From positions 1 to 64,000 of the forward strand of contig CBFGKC010000003.1 of NCBI GenBank assembly GCA_965649265.1: a DNA stretch of 64,000 nt, in the 5' to 3' direction. The translations under genes and the position numbers were made by a program. Below, one piece after another: positions 55,498-64,000 of this stretch (position 1 is its first letter; each line of letters begins with the position of its first letter). The notes under the pieces were generated by a model that ran no database searches, was not told where the DNA came from, and worked only from the letters and a program-made list of their open reading frames with translations. This stretch comes from a candidate division WOR-3 bacterium. GTDB lineage: Bacteria > Hydrothermota > Tepidihabitantia > B3-TA06.

Positions 55498-56514
55498 TTG
55501 AGAACTACGATAATTTTCTTATCCACGGTAATAACCTTTCTGGGAGCAGGGGAGCTGGTAATAACCCGCGACGGAGAAGTCGCTCAGACACAGGATGTAT
55601 CCGATTGGACGCCCGGGGAGGAGTTTTGCTTCCTCGAGGGTGAGCCCTACAACAACTACTACTACCCCTGGTCGGGCGAGGAGTCCATAGATTATATGGT
55701 CGACGACAAGGGTCTGTGGGTTAGTGGCACGCTCAAGGGTTTCACGACCTTCGATCAGGAACCGAAGAAAGTAAGGAAACCTCAGGACGTGGTGACGATT
55801 CTGGCGACCGTCGAGTACCTTCCGGACCTCGTGCGTTTTCCCAATCTCGTGGCACTTTCCGTTGTGCCGACGGATGAGGAAAACAATCTCTCCGACCTTC
55901 GAGCGCTCAAGGGGCTTCGCTACCTTAACCTTGGCGAGGGTCCAATCGCGGATAATGGAGTGGACGCGTTTGTTGGTCTTGCCGATCTCAGGGAACTCGA
56001 CGCTAGCTTTACCATCCTTCCAGAGGGTGCAATGGAGAACATTGGCAAGCTTCCGAATCTAAAAAAACTCTCACTCAACGCGGTCTCCGGGGAGGAAATA
56101 CTCTGCCTTAGGGGTATGAAAAAGCTCGAGGCGTTAAGCACGATGTATACGATAGCCGACACCCCCTGGCTCGAATTGCTCCCGACTCTCACCGGACTCA
56201 AGGAGCTATCAGTCATCCAGTCCGAAATCGCACCCGAGGTTCTGGAACTGCTTGCAGGAACGAATCAGCTTGAAAGGCTCTACCTGCCATACGCCGGTAT
56301 CGACGATATCCATCTCAAGTCGATAGGCAAAATGACCAATCTAAAGGAACTCGATCTCTACGGCACAAGGATAACGGAATCGGGCCTCAAGTATCTGGAG
56401 AAGCTCGTGAATCTGAAAACACTCTATCTCGGCGGCGGCGGAGAAATCACCCCCCAGGGGGTGGAAAAACTTCATAAGAAGCTTCCTGCGTGTGAGATAG
56501 GATACGACGAGTAG
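55498..56514 (+). CDS. Exported leucine-rich repeat protein
   Basis: L..L..L.L...I.D.G repeats; AGGAGG RBS with TTG start. Confidence 0.8.
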   Translation: MRTTIIFLSTVITFLGAGELVITRDGEVAQTQDVSDWTPGEEFCFLEGEPYNNYYYPWSGEESIDYMVDDKGLWVSGTLKGFTTFDQEPKKVRKPQDVVTILATVEYLPDLVRFPNLVALSVVPTDEENNLSDLRALKGLRYLNLGEGPIADNGVDAFVGLADLRELDASFTILPEGAMENIGKLPNLKKLSLNAVSGEEILCLRGMKKLEALSTMYTIADTPWLELLPTLTGLKELSVIQSEIAPEVLELLAGTNQLERLYLPYAGIDDIHLKSIGKMTNLKELDLYGTRITESGLKYLEKLVNLKTLYLGGGGEITPQGVEKLHKKLPACEIGYDE

Positions 56515-56567
56515 GCTTGACAAGCTGATTTTTTAGTTTAGTCTTGTGCAATATAAGGAGGAACGTT

Positions 56568-58940
56568 ATGGTTCGGATCGTTAGGAAAAGCACCACAAGT
56601 AAATTCCCGATGTTTTTGTTTGTCTCATCCCTATTGCTGCCTTTGGTGGGATATTCCCAGGGGGACAGGGTGGATAGTCTTATTGCTCTCCTTCAATCTC
56701 GTAATTTCGAAACCCAAAAAGAAGCAATCCGCGGATTAGCCTGGATTGGTGACTCACGGGCAGTTTTGCCTATTGAGAAATTGCTCGACGAGGATGATAT
56801 TCGCATCAGGCGAGAAGCAACCAGGGCACTAGGGGCTATTGGTGATACTAGCGCTACCGAAAGAATTCTCGCATTGATGAACGATGCTGACACAGCCGTC
56901 ATATTGGATGCCATAATTGCTCTGGGTGTGCTCAAAGACAAAAGGGCAGTCGAGCCGCTAGTGATAAGATTAAGGAGTGAAGACAGGATTGAACAAACAT
57001 CAGGCAGGAGCTTAATTGAGATAGGCGATGCGGCGGTTCCGATTCTTATCAAAGCTTTATCAAATCAAAAATGGAATGTCCAATATCCAGCAGAAGCAGT
57101 CTTACGAGATATGAAATCAATCAAAGTAGAAACTTTAATCGCAGCATTGCATGATGACAGTTCAAGAACCCGACGTATAGCTGCAAATCTTCTTGGACGT
57201 ACAAAATGCAAAAGAGCGTTGGGGCCCCTTATAGATGTTCTTCAGGATTCAGTTGCGTTCGTTAGATTTAACGCCGTAATCGCCCTAGGGACAATAAACG
57301 ACATTCAAGCAGTGGAGCCTTTGATTCAATCTTTAAAAGACAGCGACCCAGATGTCAGGACATATGCAATTCAAAGTTTAGCAAGTTATAAGGATGAACG
57401 GTCAGTAATTCCTTTCATGGGATGCTTAAACGATGAGAATTCCTACGCCAGGTCTGAGGCTTTCAAAGCTTTGAAAGCGTTTGCTGATCCGAGAACTATA
57501 GACTCTTTAATTCCCTTTCTGCGCGATTCTTACGTCCGCTCAGAGGCTGAAGAAGTCCTAGCCGCCATTGGCAGACCTGCAGTTAAGCCGCTGCTTGAGG
57601 CATTTAGGGATTGTAAATATTACGACACTAAAATAGGAATCATTTCAACGCTGGGAGAAATAGGTGGTCCCCTTGCTTTAAGGAAACTTGCAGAGATAGC
57701 TGACTCACAAGTTTACTCGTTCAGTGCAACGCAAGCCTTGGGAAAAATAGGAAAGCCTGCAGTTGGCGAGTTGATAAACTTGATGAATGCCAAGGAACCA
57801 TTTGTACGCGAGGAAGCAATTGAAGCTTTGGGGCGAATTGGGGACAAACGGGCAGTCCAACCCCTCGTTGAGATAATCCAGAAAAAGGATTCATCAACCC
57901 TGATTCCTGCAGTAAAGGCTTTAAAAGCCCTGGATAGTTCCGAAGCATTTCCTTTCTTATTAAGTATGCTGGAATATCCGGATAGTAACGTTAGGGCGTT
58001 TGCAGCATGGGAATTGCGAGATATGAATGATAGTCGAGCAGTCGACCCCTTGATTTCTTTGTTGGAGAACGATGATAGTTGGATTGTAAGGAGGAATGCA
58101 ACTTGGTCTTTGGGTGATATAGGCGATAAGTGTGCCACGCCAAAGTTAATTAATGCCTTCAAGAATCCAGGTAAGTACTATGTAATCGCTGTTGAAGATG
58201 CCTTGATAAGGATCGATGATACTACGGCAGTTCCTGATATGATAAATGAACTCGGAGGCAATAATGCTGGGTATGCTGCAAGAGTACTCGGACATTTAAA
58301 GGACAAGCGTGCGGTTGAACCTTTGATTAATGCGTTGAAAAGTGGAGGCCGTTTCACCAAGGAAGAGGCTATAAAAGCCCTGGGGCAACTTGGGGATAAG
58401 AAAGCTGTGGAACCACTAATTGCTGAGCTTTCCGATTCTAATGCACGGATTCGAAATGAAGCCTGTAATGCATTAGTGGATTTGGGGATACAATCTGTAG
58501 AACCTTTAATTGAAGCTTTGGAAACGGAAGATACTTTGATTGTAAAACAAAGCGTAGGGATTCTTGGTCGTATTAAGGATCGCCGTGCCATTGAACCACT
58601 AATTACTCAAATCCACGGTTCTATTAAAGGAATTAGATGGGAAAGCGCAGTTGCTCTGCTCAATTTCAAATGCGAGCAGCATTCACAGGAGACTTTTGTT
58701 GCACTCCTCGATGATGAATTTCCTTGCATGCGAGGACTGGCTGCTATGGCACTATGGCACTGTGAAGAGGTAGATCCTCAATCAATAAAGTATTTAATAT
58801 ATGCCCTTACAGATGGCGAATGTAGATTCAATCAAGATAATGCCTGGACAGCCCTCAAAATGATCACAAGAGAAGATTTTTTATATGACTACCGTACTTG
58901 GCGCAATTGGTGGGAGAAAAACAAAAGATCGTTTAAGTAG
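56568..58940 (+). CDS. Exported HEAT/PBS-lyase repeat protein
   Basis: Many R..A..ALG.IGD.RAV.PLI..L.D repeats; signal peptide; terminal W..WW. Confidence 0.88.
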   Translation: MVRIVRKSTTSKFPMFLFVSSLLLPLVGYSQGDRVDSLIALLQSRNFETQKEAIRGLAWIGDSRAVLPIEKLLDEDDIRIRREATRALGAIGDTSATERILALMNDADTAVILDAIIALGVLKDKRAVEPLVIRLRSEDRIEQTSGRSLIEIGDAAVPILIKALSNQKWNVQYPAEAVLRDMKSIKVETLIAALHDDSSRTRRIAANLLGRTKCKRALGPLIDVLQDSVAFVRFNAVIALGTINDIQAVEPLIQSLKDSDPDVRTYAIQSLASYKDERSVIPFMGCLNDENSYARSEAFKALKAFADPRTIDSLIPFLRDSYVRSEAEEVLAAIGRPAVKPLLEAFRDCKYYDTKIGIISTLGEIGGPLALRKLAEIADSQVYSFSATQALGKIGKPAVGELINLMNAKEPFVREEAIEALGRIGDKRAVQPLVEIIQKKDSSTLIPAVKALKALDSSEAFPFLLSMLEYPDSNVRAFAAWELRDMNDSRAVDPLISLLENDDSWIVRRNATWSLGDIGDKCATPKLINAFKNPGKYYVIAVEDALIRIDDTTAVPDMINELGGNNAGYAARVLGHLKDKRAVEPLINALKSGGRFTKEEAIKALGQLGDKKAVEPLIAELSDSNARIRNEACNALVDLGIQSVEPLIEALETEDTLIVKQSVGILGRIKDRRAIEPLITQIHGSIKGIRWESAVALLNFKCEQHSQETFVALLDDEFPCMRGLAAMALWHCEEVDPQSIKYLIYALTDGECRFNQDNAWTALKMITREDFLYDYRTWRNWWEKNKRSFK

Positions 58941-58954
58941 GGGGACGGGTAAAA

Positions 58955-59036
58955 GGGGTCCCAAGAAACTGCAATACGGTTTCCCGGGGTATTCAAGCAG
59001 GGTTCCCCAGAAAAAACGCTGTGATTTTCGGGGGTT
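58955..59036 (+). repeat. Two GGGGTCCC(C)-hairpin-GGGGT elements
   Basis: GGGGTCCCaagaaactg...cggtttcccGGGGT and GGGTTCCCCagaaaa...ttttcGGGGGT. Confidence 0.55.
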
Positions 59037-59040
59037 AAAA

Positions 59041-59112
59041 AGCGGCGGACGGGACTCGAACCCGCAACCAACAGCTTGGAAGGCTGTTACTCTACCATTG
59101 AGTTACCACCGC
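59041..59112 (-). tRNA. tRNA-Gly (TCC)
   Basis: Reverse complement GCGGTGGTAACTCAATGGTAGAGTAACAGCCT-TCC-AAGCTGTTGGTTGCGGGTTCGAGTCCCGTCCGCCGCT; CCA not encoded. Confidence 0.93.
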
Positions 59113-59250
59113 GGGTCGGCGATGTTTCACGCACAAATATGAAGTATAGCAATGCCCGGAAAGTATGTCAACCTTAAACCTTGACACTCATGCAACTTGA
59201 AATATAATCACAGCTGAAAAGGCTTTTCCTCGGAAAAACGCCGTTTCGAT

Positions 59251-59325
59251 CGGGGCGTGGCGCAGCCCGGATAGCGCACTAGCTTGGGGTGCTAGGGGTC
59301 GGTGGTTCAAATCCACTCGCCCCGA
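59251..59325 (+). tRNA. tRNA-Pro (GGG)
   Basis: CGGGGCGTGGCGCAGCCCGGATAGCGCACTAGCTT-GGG-GTGCTAGGGGTCGGTGGTTCAAATCCACTCGCCCCGA; promoter TTGACA(59181)-N16-TATAAT. Confidence 0.93.
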
Positions 59326-59330
59326 TGTAT

Positions 59331-59370
59331 AGAGGCGGATTTTCCTTAAAGGAATCTCCGCCTCTTTTTT
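59331..59370 (+). terminator. Rho-independent terminator
   Basis: agaggcgga...tccgcctct plus T-tract. Confidence 0.75.
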
Positions 59371-59388
59371 CGGAATATCTTAGTTGTT

Positions 59389-60264
59389 CTAGGGTAAATA
59401 AGTTCCGATGAACTCCTCTATTTTTTTGGAGTAATCGTCTCCCGCGGTGTAAGGTACGTTGCCGTGCCCTGCATTCTGTACCCAGAAAGAATCCTTAGGC
59501 TCTTCAGCCAGTTCCCAAAGCACAAGCGCGTTGTGCTCAAACACCACGTAGCTATCACTGCGTCCATGCATCATGAGCAATGGGCAGCCGATATTCGCGA
59601 TCCTTTTTTCGCTGTCGAAATCGTCGCCGGAGACGAGTCCGCCCGGAAGCCCCAGGAGCCCCGAATCTTTGAGTAGTGCTGCGGTCGAAGCGGGGGATGA
59701 TTCGAGGATGACGGCCCCTGGCGAGCGCACGTCCGCCGCGAGGTAGGTCGTCATGTAACCGCCGAGTGAAAAGCCTAAAAAAACGATCTTTGAAGTATCA
59801 ACCATCTTCTGGGCGAGAATTCTCTCAAGTGCTCCTTTGGCGCTTTCGAAACAGGTAACGCTTGAAGGTTCCCCCTCGGAGCGGCCAAACCCCGGGTAGT
59901 CGTAGATGTACACGCGGTAGCCCATCTCCCACAGGAGTTCTACCCGATCCCAGTACGCGTCTATGTTGGCAGAATTGCCGTGACTGTAGAGTATTGTAAC
60001 CCTTTCGCCGAAAGGCATGGACGTGTCGGAGAGTGTATCACCGGGATGCAAAGCCCAGAAACCGTAGATCAAACCCGAACTGATTGAGAAGCTGTCAGGG
60101 ACGATAAGGTCATCCGGTATTATCCCGCGGTAATGCTCGAAATTCTTCATAACCTCTGGATCAAGGTATGAGTCTGTGTGTACGTTATCATAATAAAAAG
60201 GTTCAAGCGAGAAGCATCCTGCGTTAAGTAAGAGCGCGATAGGCAAAAATAGGCGGTTAATCAT
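59389..60264 (-). CDS. Alpha/beta hydrolase lipoprotein (ABHD13/Bem46-like)
   Basis: NAGC lipobox; HGN, DYPGFGRSEG, GFSLGG, HGRSD, AGH. Confidence 0.85.
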   Translation of the reverse strand: MINRLFLPIALLLNAGCFSLEPFYYDNVHTDSYLDPEVMKNFEHYRGIIPDDLIVPDSFSISSGLIYGFWALHPGDTLSDTSMPFGERVTILYSHGNSANIDAYWDRVELLWEMGYRVYIYDYPGFGRSEGEPSSVTCFESAKGALERILAQKMVDTSKIVFLGFSLGGYMTTYLAADVRSPGAVILESSPASTAALLKDSGLLGLPGGLVSGDDFDSEKRIANIGCPLLMMHGRSDSYVVFEHNALVLWELAEEPKDSFWVQNAGHGNVPYTAGDDYSKKIEEFIGTYLP

Positions 60265-60910
60265 TGCTTCCTCCGGGGTAGAGCGTGACTCCCAGAACGA
60301 CTCCGAGAGCACCCTGGTCTAAGGGTGAGATGGGAAAGTTCACGACTCGGTATTCTGAGTTCTCTGTCGGTGAATACCATTTTACTTCGAGATCGACGCC
60401 TGCATACCCAAGCCTGTACTCGGCACCTAAGAGTCCTGCCCATGCCGCATAAGGCTTCTCGAGTTGAAAGAACGTTTGTCCTCCTGAGTAGAGCAGGAGT
60501 TTGTCGCAGACTATCCATGAGAAGATTGCCTCAACTTCGGGCGAGAATCCAGCAGCCACGTTGAACGGGTTAACCCAGAAGGTAGGATTGGCTCCGAGGA
60601 CAAGTGAAGGCAGGAGTTTTTTTCCATGAATGATTTCATAGCTTAAACCTGCTTCCAGGCCGATTGTTCCGAATGCAAGCATTGTCGGGTGCAAACCTAT
60701 GTGGGCCTCAAGGCTTTTTAATACGCCCCAGCGGTAGCGTAAAACGGAGTAGGGGAGTGGCAAATCACCGATGCCAGGCAAGGTTACGATTGGACCACCA
60801 ACAGAGACTGCCACGGCGTTTTGTCCCGGTTCGAGAGGCCTGACTGTGGAAACCGTTCCACAACCCGTTATTAAAATTGCCAAGAAGAACAATTGCAGAC
60901 GTTTAATCAC
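60257..60910 (-). CDS. Hypothetical lipoprotein, probable beta-barrel
   Basis: ITGC lipobox; alternating beta-strand pattern; overlaps the hydrolase gene. Confidence 0.6.
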   Translation of the reverse strand: MIKRLQLFFLAILITGCGTVSTVRPLEPGQNAVAVSVGGPIVTLPGIGDLPLPYSVLRYRWGVLKSLEAHIGLHPTMLAFGTIGLEAGLSYEIIHGKKLLPSLVLGANPTFWVNPFNVAAGFSPEVEAIFSWIVCDKLLLYSGGQTFFQLEKPYAAWAGLLGAEYRLGYAGVDLEVKWYSPTENSEYRVVNFPISPLDQGALGVVLGVTLYPGGSND

Positions 60911-61132
60911 GCTTCCTCCATTTTTGGAGATAATATATTACATCAAAGATTTAAGTCAACAGAAGGAATTGAAACAAAAAAAGATATCAAACGTCTTTAG
61001 GATAATGGTAGTCGTGAGTTTATACTCATGCCCCATGGTGATTAAACGACAATTCAAAGGGGAGAGTCCTGCAAGACTCTCCCCTTCAGTAAGATACCTA
61101 CAGGAACATAAGAATCCTGGTATGGAGGATAA

Positions 61133-61375
61133 ATGGGTATAGCCAGCTTTATTCTATCCATCGTCGGGCTTGTGGTGGGGGCTATTGGACTTGTGCCATT
61201 GTTGGGCTTGTTGGAATGGGTGGCGCTGGCCCTGGGTATTATGGCTTTTATAATGGCGATTGTACCAATATCAAGGCGAATCGTTGCCCCTTTTGCCATT
61301 GTGGGGCTGATCCTCTCGATAGTCGTTATTGTCATGGCGATTCTCAGACTTGCCGTCGGAGGCTGGTTTAGTTAA
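61133..61375 (+). CDS. Small 3-TM membrane protein (DUF4190-like)
   Basis: MGIASFILSI...; GGAGG RBS. Confidence 0.65.
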   Translation: MGIASFILSIVGLVVGAIGLVPLLGLLEWVALALGIMAFIMAIVPISRRIVAPFAIVGLILSIVVIVMAILRLAVGGWFS

Positions 61376-61429
61376 GGGATTCCCATTACGATGGATTTCC
61401 GGGGGGAGGGGGTTGAACCTTTTAAACCT

Positions 61430-62143
61430 TTAGTTTGGATTTGCTTGACGTCTGAGGTCTTCGAAAGAAAGATGTAAGCGATAGTTGATTCTTGCGATTT
61501 CTGATTTGGTGTCGCAGTTAACCCGCGGGTATATAGGATGCCCTATATAAACTTCGATGCGGCGGTTAAGTACATTACCTAACACAGAAAATGCGCCTTC
61601 CCAGGCCTCATTAATCCATGGTCTAGAGTATGGCTCAGGTCCAAGGATTAGATTCTTGAGATAAACGGGAACAATGGGCGTATTGGTCTTGATCGCCAGG
61701 AATGCAGCTCCTTTATTGATTCCTGAAATTGCTCCGTCTCTGTCAAGATGAGCGGAAGGGAAAATCCCTAAGTTCTGTTTGTGTTTTAAAAGCTCTATAG
61801 CCCTTTTTATTCCCTTGAAATTGCACAAACCTTCGTTAATGGCAACCGGTATCATATCGCAAAAGAAAGTCATGAAGAATTTTATGAAACGCCCTTCAAA
61901 CCATTTTTTGGCTGCGAGCATGAAGAGTCGGCGCTTGAGAGCAATCTGCAGAATTATGGAATCCACGCCGGTTACGTGGTTGGCTACCACTATCGTATTT
62001 CTCTTGAGATTCTTCCGGAAGTCCATACCGAATATCTTGATTCTGACCAGGCGACCGTAGGCTTTTAGAAATGTATTCTTGAGACTCGTAAAGAAAGATC
62101 GTATTTCTGATGGCCAAAGCTTTGGCCCACCGTGTAAGTCCAT
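61430..62143 (-). CDS. Lysophospholipid acyltransferase (PlsC-like)
   Basis: ANHVTGVD (HX4D), IFPSAH (variant of FPEG), GAAFLA, PIVPV. Confidence 0.8.
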   Translation of the reverse strand: MDLHGGPKLWPSEIRSFFTSLKNTFLKAYGRLVRIKIFGMDFRKNLKRNTIVVANHVTGVDSIILQIALKRRLFMLAAKKWFEGRFIKFFMTFFCDMIPVAINEGLCNFKGIKRAIELLKHKQNLGIFPSAHLDRDGAISGINKGAAFLAIKTNTPIVPVYLKNLILGPEPYSRPWINEAWEGAFSVLGNVLNRRIEVYIGHPIYPRVNCDTKSEIARINYRLHLSFEDLRRQANPN

Positions 62144-62356
62144 AAGATAAATTTAATCCGTATAATGTAGTTGTCAATCCCGAAAAATTGCATGTGTTTC
62201 CGGTCTAAAAAAGCAATGAACTATGATTCGTCAGAAACCAATCGTCGGTTATGAGTAGTCAGCAGCTTCCGAAAATTCTTTTTGAAGAATACAGGAGTTG
62301 CATCTTTCTTGGATTTCAAGTGCTTGACAAAAGGCGTAAGACCTCTATAGTTTTGC

Positions 62357-63328
62357 GTGGACGAGATGCAAGACACCAAAGAGAGTCAAAATCTTGAAGA
62401 AATGAATCTGGACGAGCTTCGTGATTATACCGAGCAAAGGCTTACAGAGATACTATCGGTTCTTTCCGACGTTGCACTGGGTGATCTGACTGTAGAGGTC
62501 CCTATAACAAGTGAGGATATATTCGGTTCCGTTGCCATGGGTGTCAATGTAATGGTTAAAGGACTGAGGGAGCTCAAAGCACAGGATGAAGAAAAGACCC
62601 ACTTGCTCGAAAAAACAAATCAGGAACTCGAGGATTTCGTATACATTGTAAGTCACGATCTAAAGGCCCCACTGAGGGCAATGATGGGTTTCTCAAGGTT
62701 TCTCAAAGAGGATTACCAATCCAAGCTTGATGAGGTCGGGCAGGACTACGTAAGAAGGATTGTCGGAGGTGCCGAAAGGATGGAGCGCCTTATTAACGAT
62801 CTACTGGAACTCTCACGTATCGGGCGACACCGCAACCCGTTCAAGGAATCGGATTCCGGAGAACTTGTCAAACAAGCCGTTGAATTCGTTCATCCTGATC
62901 CGAACGTAGAGATCGTTATTAAAGACGACATGCCTGTAATATGGTGCGACGAGGTAAGGATAGTTCAGGTCTTTTCCAATCTTATAAGCAACGCGATCAA
63001 ATACAACAACCAGCCGCAAAAGACAATAGAGATATGCTGGGTTTCTCATCCGGAGGACGGATTGGACGAGTTTACGGTTCACGATAACGGTATAGGCATT
63101 GAAGAAAAGCACATGGAAAAGATATTCAGGATATTCCAGAGGCTTCATAGCCAGGATGAATACGGAGGTGGCACTGGCGTCGGTCTCAACATTGTGAAGA
63201 AAATAGTCGAGCAGCACGGGGGCAAGATATGGGTTCAGTCTGCCCCAGGTCAGGGTTCGACGTTCCATTTTACTCTTCGCCGCCCTATTGATGAGGACGA
63301 AGTAACTAAAGGAGTATGGGAAGCTTGA
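62357..63328 (+). CDS. Cytoplasmic histidine kinase (HAMP-like, HisKA, HATPase)
   Basis: H-box SHDLKAPLR; N box NLISNAIKY; DNGIGI; GGTGVGL; GSTFHF. Confidence 0.9.
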   Translation: MDEMQDTKESQNLEEMNLDELRDYTEQRLTEILSVLSDVALGDLTVEVPITSEDIFGSVAMGVNVMVKGLRELKAQDEEKTHLLEKTNQELEDFVYIVSHDLKAPLRAMMGFSRFLKEDYQSKLDEVGQDYVRRIVGGAERMERLINDLLELSRIGRHRNPFKESDSGELVKQAVEFVHPDPNVEIVIKDDMPVIWCDEVRIVQVFSNLISNAIKYNNQPQKTIEICWVSHPEDGLDEFTVHDNGIGIEEKHMEKIFRIFQRLHSQDEYGGGTGVGLNIVKKIVEQHGGKIWVQSAPGQGSTFHFTLRRPIDEDEVTKGVWEA

Positions 63329-63361
63329 CAAATTTCTTTGACGGAGTAGTGTGATTTATAT

Positions 63362-63625
63362 ATGGATAGGTTTATTTGCGTCCATACCTGCCCTCGTGAA
63401 GAGGCGCTCGTAATTGCCGGGCTGCTTCGAGCCTCGGAGATAGCAGTGCATCTTATAGAAGATTCACCTGGCAACCTTCGTCCTTTTTCGGACAAGAAAC
63501 CAGTTGTCCGGATAATGGTTCCACGCGAAGCGGCGGAATTCGCTTATCAACTTATCAGGGATTCGCAGGAGCAGGATTTCGCCGATTTCGAACAGAGCGC
63601 CGAGCAAGACGACCAAGAGTCTTAG
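63362..63625 (+). CDS. Small hypothetical protein (DUF2007-like)
   Basis: EEALVIAGLLRASEI...VRIMVP pattern. Confidence 0.55.
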   Translation: MDRFICVHTCPREEALVIAGLLRASEIAVHLIEDSPGNLRPFSDKKPVVRIMVPREAAEFAYQLIRDSQEQDFADFEQSAEQDDQES

Positions 63626-63732
63626 TTCCTCAAACCATCAGCGGTCAAAAAATCCAGGAGTTTTCTACTGAAAAAAGCTTCACCCTGTTGGTATAATCAT
63701 AATGGTTTGTATTTTTCAAGGAGTAAGGAAAG

Positions 63733-64000
63733 TCAGAATGTTGCAGGAACCTTTGTGCCATCACCTTCTACCAGCCACTTCCACGTTTTTTCAATCCTGT
63801 CCCAATTTTCTTCTCTGTCAAGCGACCAGTAGCGGCCTATGACGCCTGCGACCTTTCCCAGTTGCATGGCCCTGCACTCTTCTTCAATCATGCCCACGTA
63901 CCTGGCGCCTGCCTGAGGTCTTTCCCCGCGTCTTCCAAGCATTGCATGAACGAAGACGTTATCAGCGTTCCGGATTTTGCAGAGCTTAAGAAGTGCACGT
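63733..64000 (-). CDS. C-terminal part of a cofactor-independent phosphoglycerate mutase (iPGM)-related protein, truncated by the window edge
   Basis: ALLKLCK...VFVHAMLGRRGERP...VIGRYWSLDREENWDRIEK resembles iPGM HAFLDGRD...GRYYAMDRD..WDRV. Confidence 0.65.
   Translation of the reverse strand, partial: RALLKLCKIRNADNVFVHAMLGRRGERPQAGARYVGMIEEECRAMQLGKVAGVIGRYWSLDREENWDRIEKTWKWLVEGDGTKVPATF

Noticed and set aside
55498-59325. Genomic island or prophage at the tRNAs (AT-rich HEAT gene next to tRNA-Gly)
   Set aside because: No integrase, att duplication or phage genes seen in the window
147-63495. Numerous antisense or alternate-frame ORFs in the track (e.g. 4602-5276, 7111-7701, 20830-21615, 27448-28176)
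   Set aside because: Shadows of well-supported genes, with no motifs or RBS
1-64000. Stop-codon reassignment or selenocysteine recoding
   Set aside because: TAA, TAG and TGA all end full-length recognisable genes; no conserved gene is interrupted by an in-frame stop

Overview
Gene-dense bacterial chromosomal window. Several secreted proteins carry a T9SS-type/FlgD-like C-terminal sorting domain, and there is a TonB-dependent receptor, so the host is probably an FCB-group candidate-phylum anaerobe such as WOR-3 (inference only). Recognisable housekeeping genes: pckA, fhs, tldD/tldE, two ktrB/trkH plus ktrA, AmmeMemoRadiSam amrB/amrA, an M29 aminopeptidase, an S8 protease, tRNA-Gly(TCC) and tRNA-Pro(GGG). 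No CRISPR array, rRNA, integrase or transposase was seen. Most notable: (1) a four-gene uncharacterised membrane-complex operon built around a DUF6754-like protein; (2) a DUF4388/Roadblock/Roadblock/stand-alone 7TM signalling operon with no GTPase in the window; (3) three adjacent apparent pseudo-enzymes (PHP-dead TrlF/Ppl-like ATPase, SDR lacking YxxxK, methyltransferase with an eroded SAM motif); (4) a triplicated RRM RNA-binding protein array with conserved 5' hairpins and a shared 3'-UTR motif, next to a 34-aa histone-like gene and a secreted ACP-like protein; (5) orphan TIR-like and HEPN-like candidate defence genes; (6) a window-wide TTGACA-N16-TANNNT promoter architecture with leaderless genes; (7) several families of palindromic intergenic repeats. 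All family assignments come from motif recognition by eye, not database searches.
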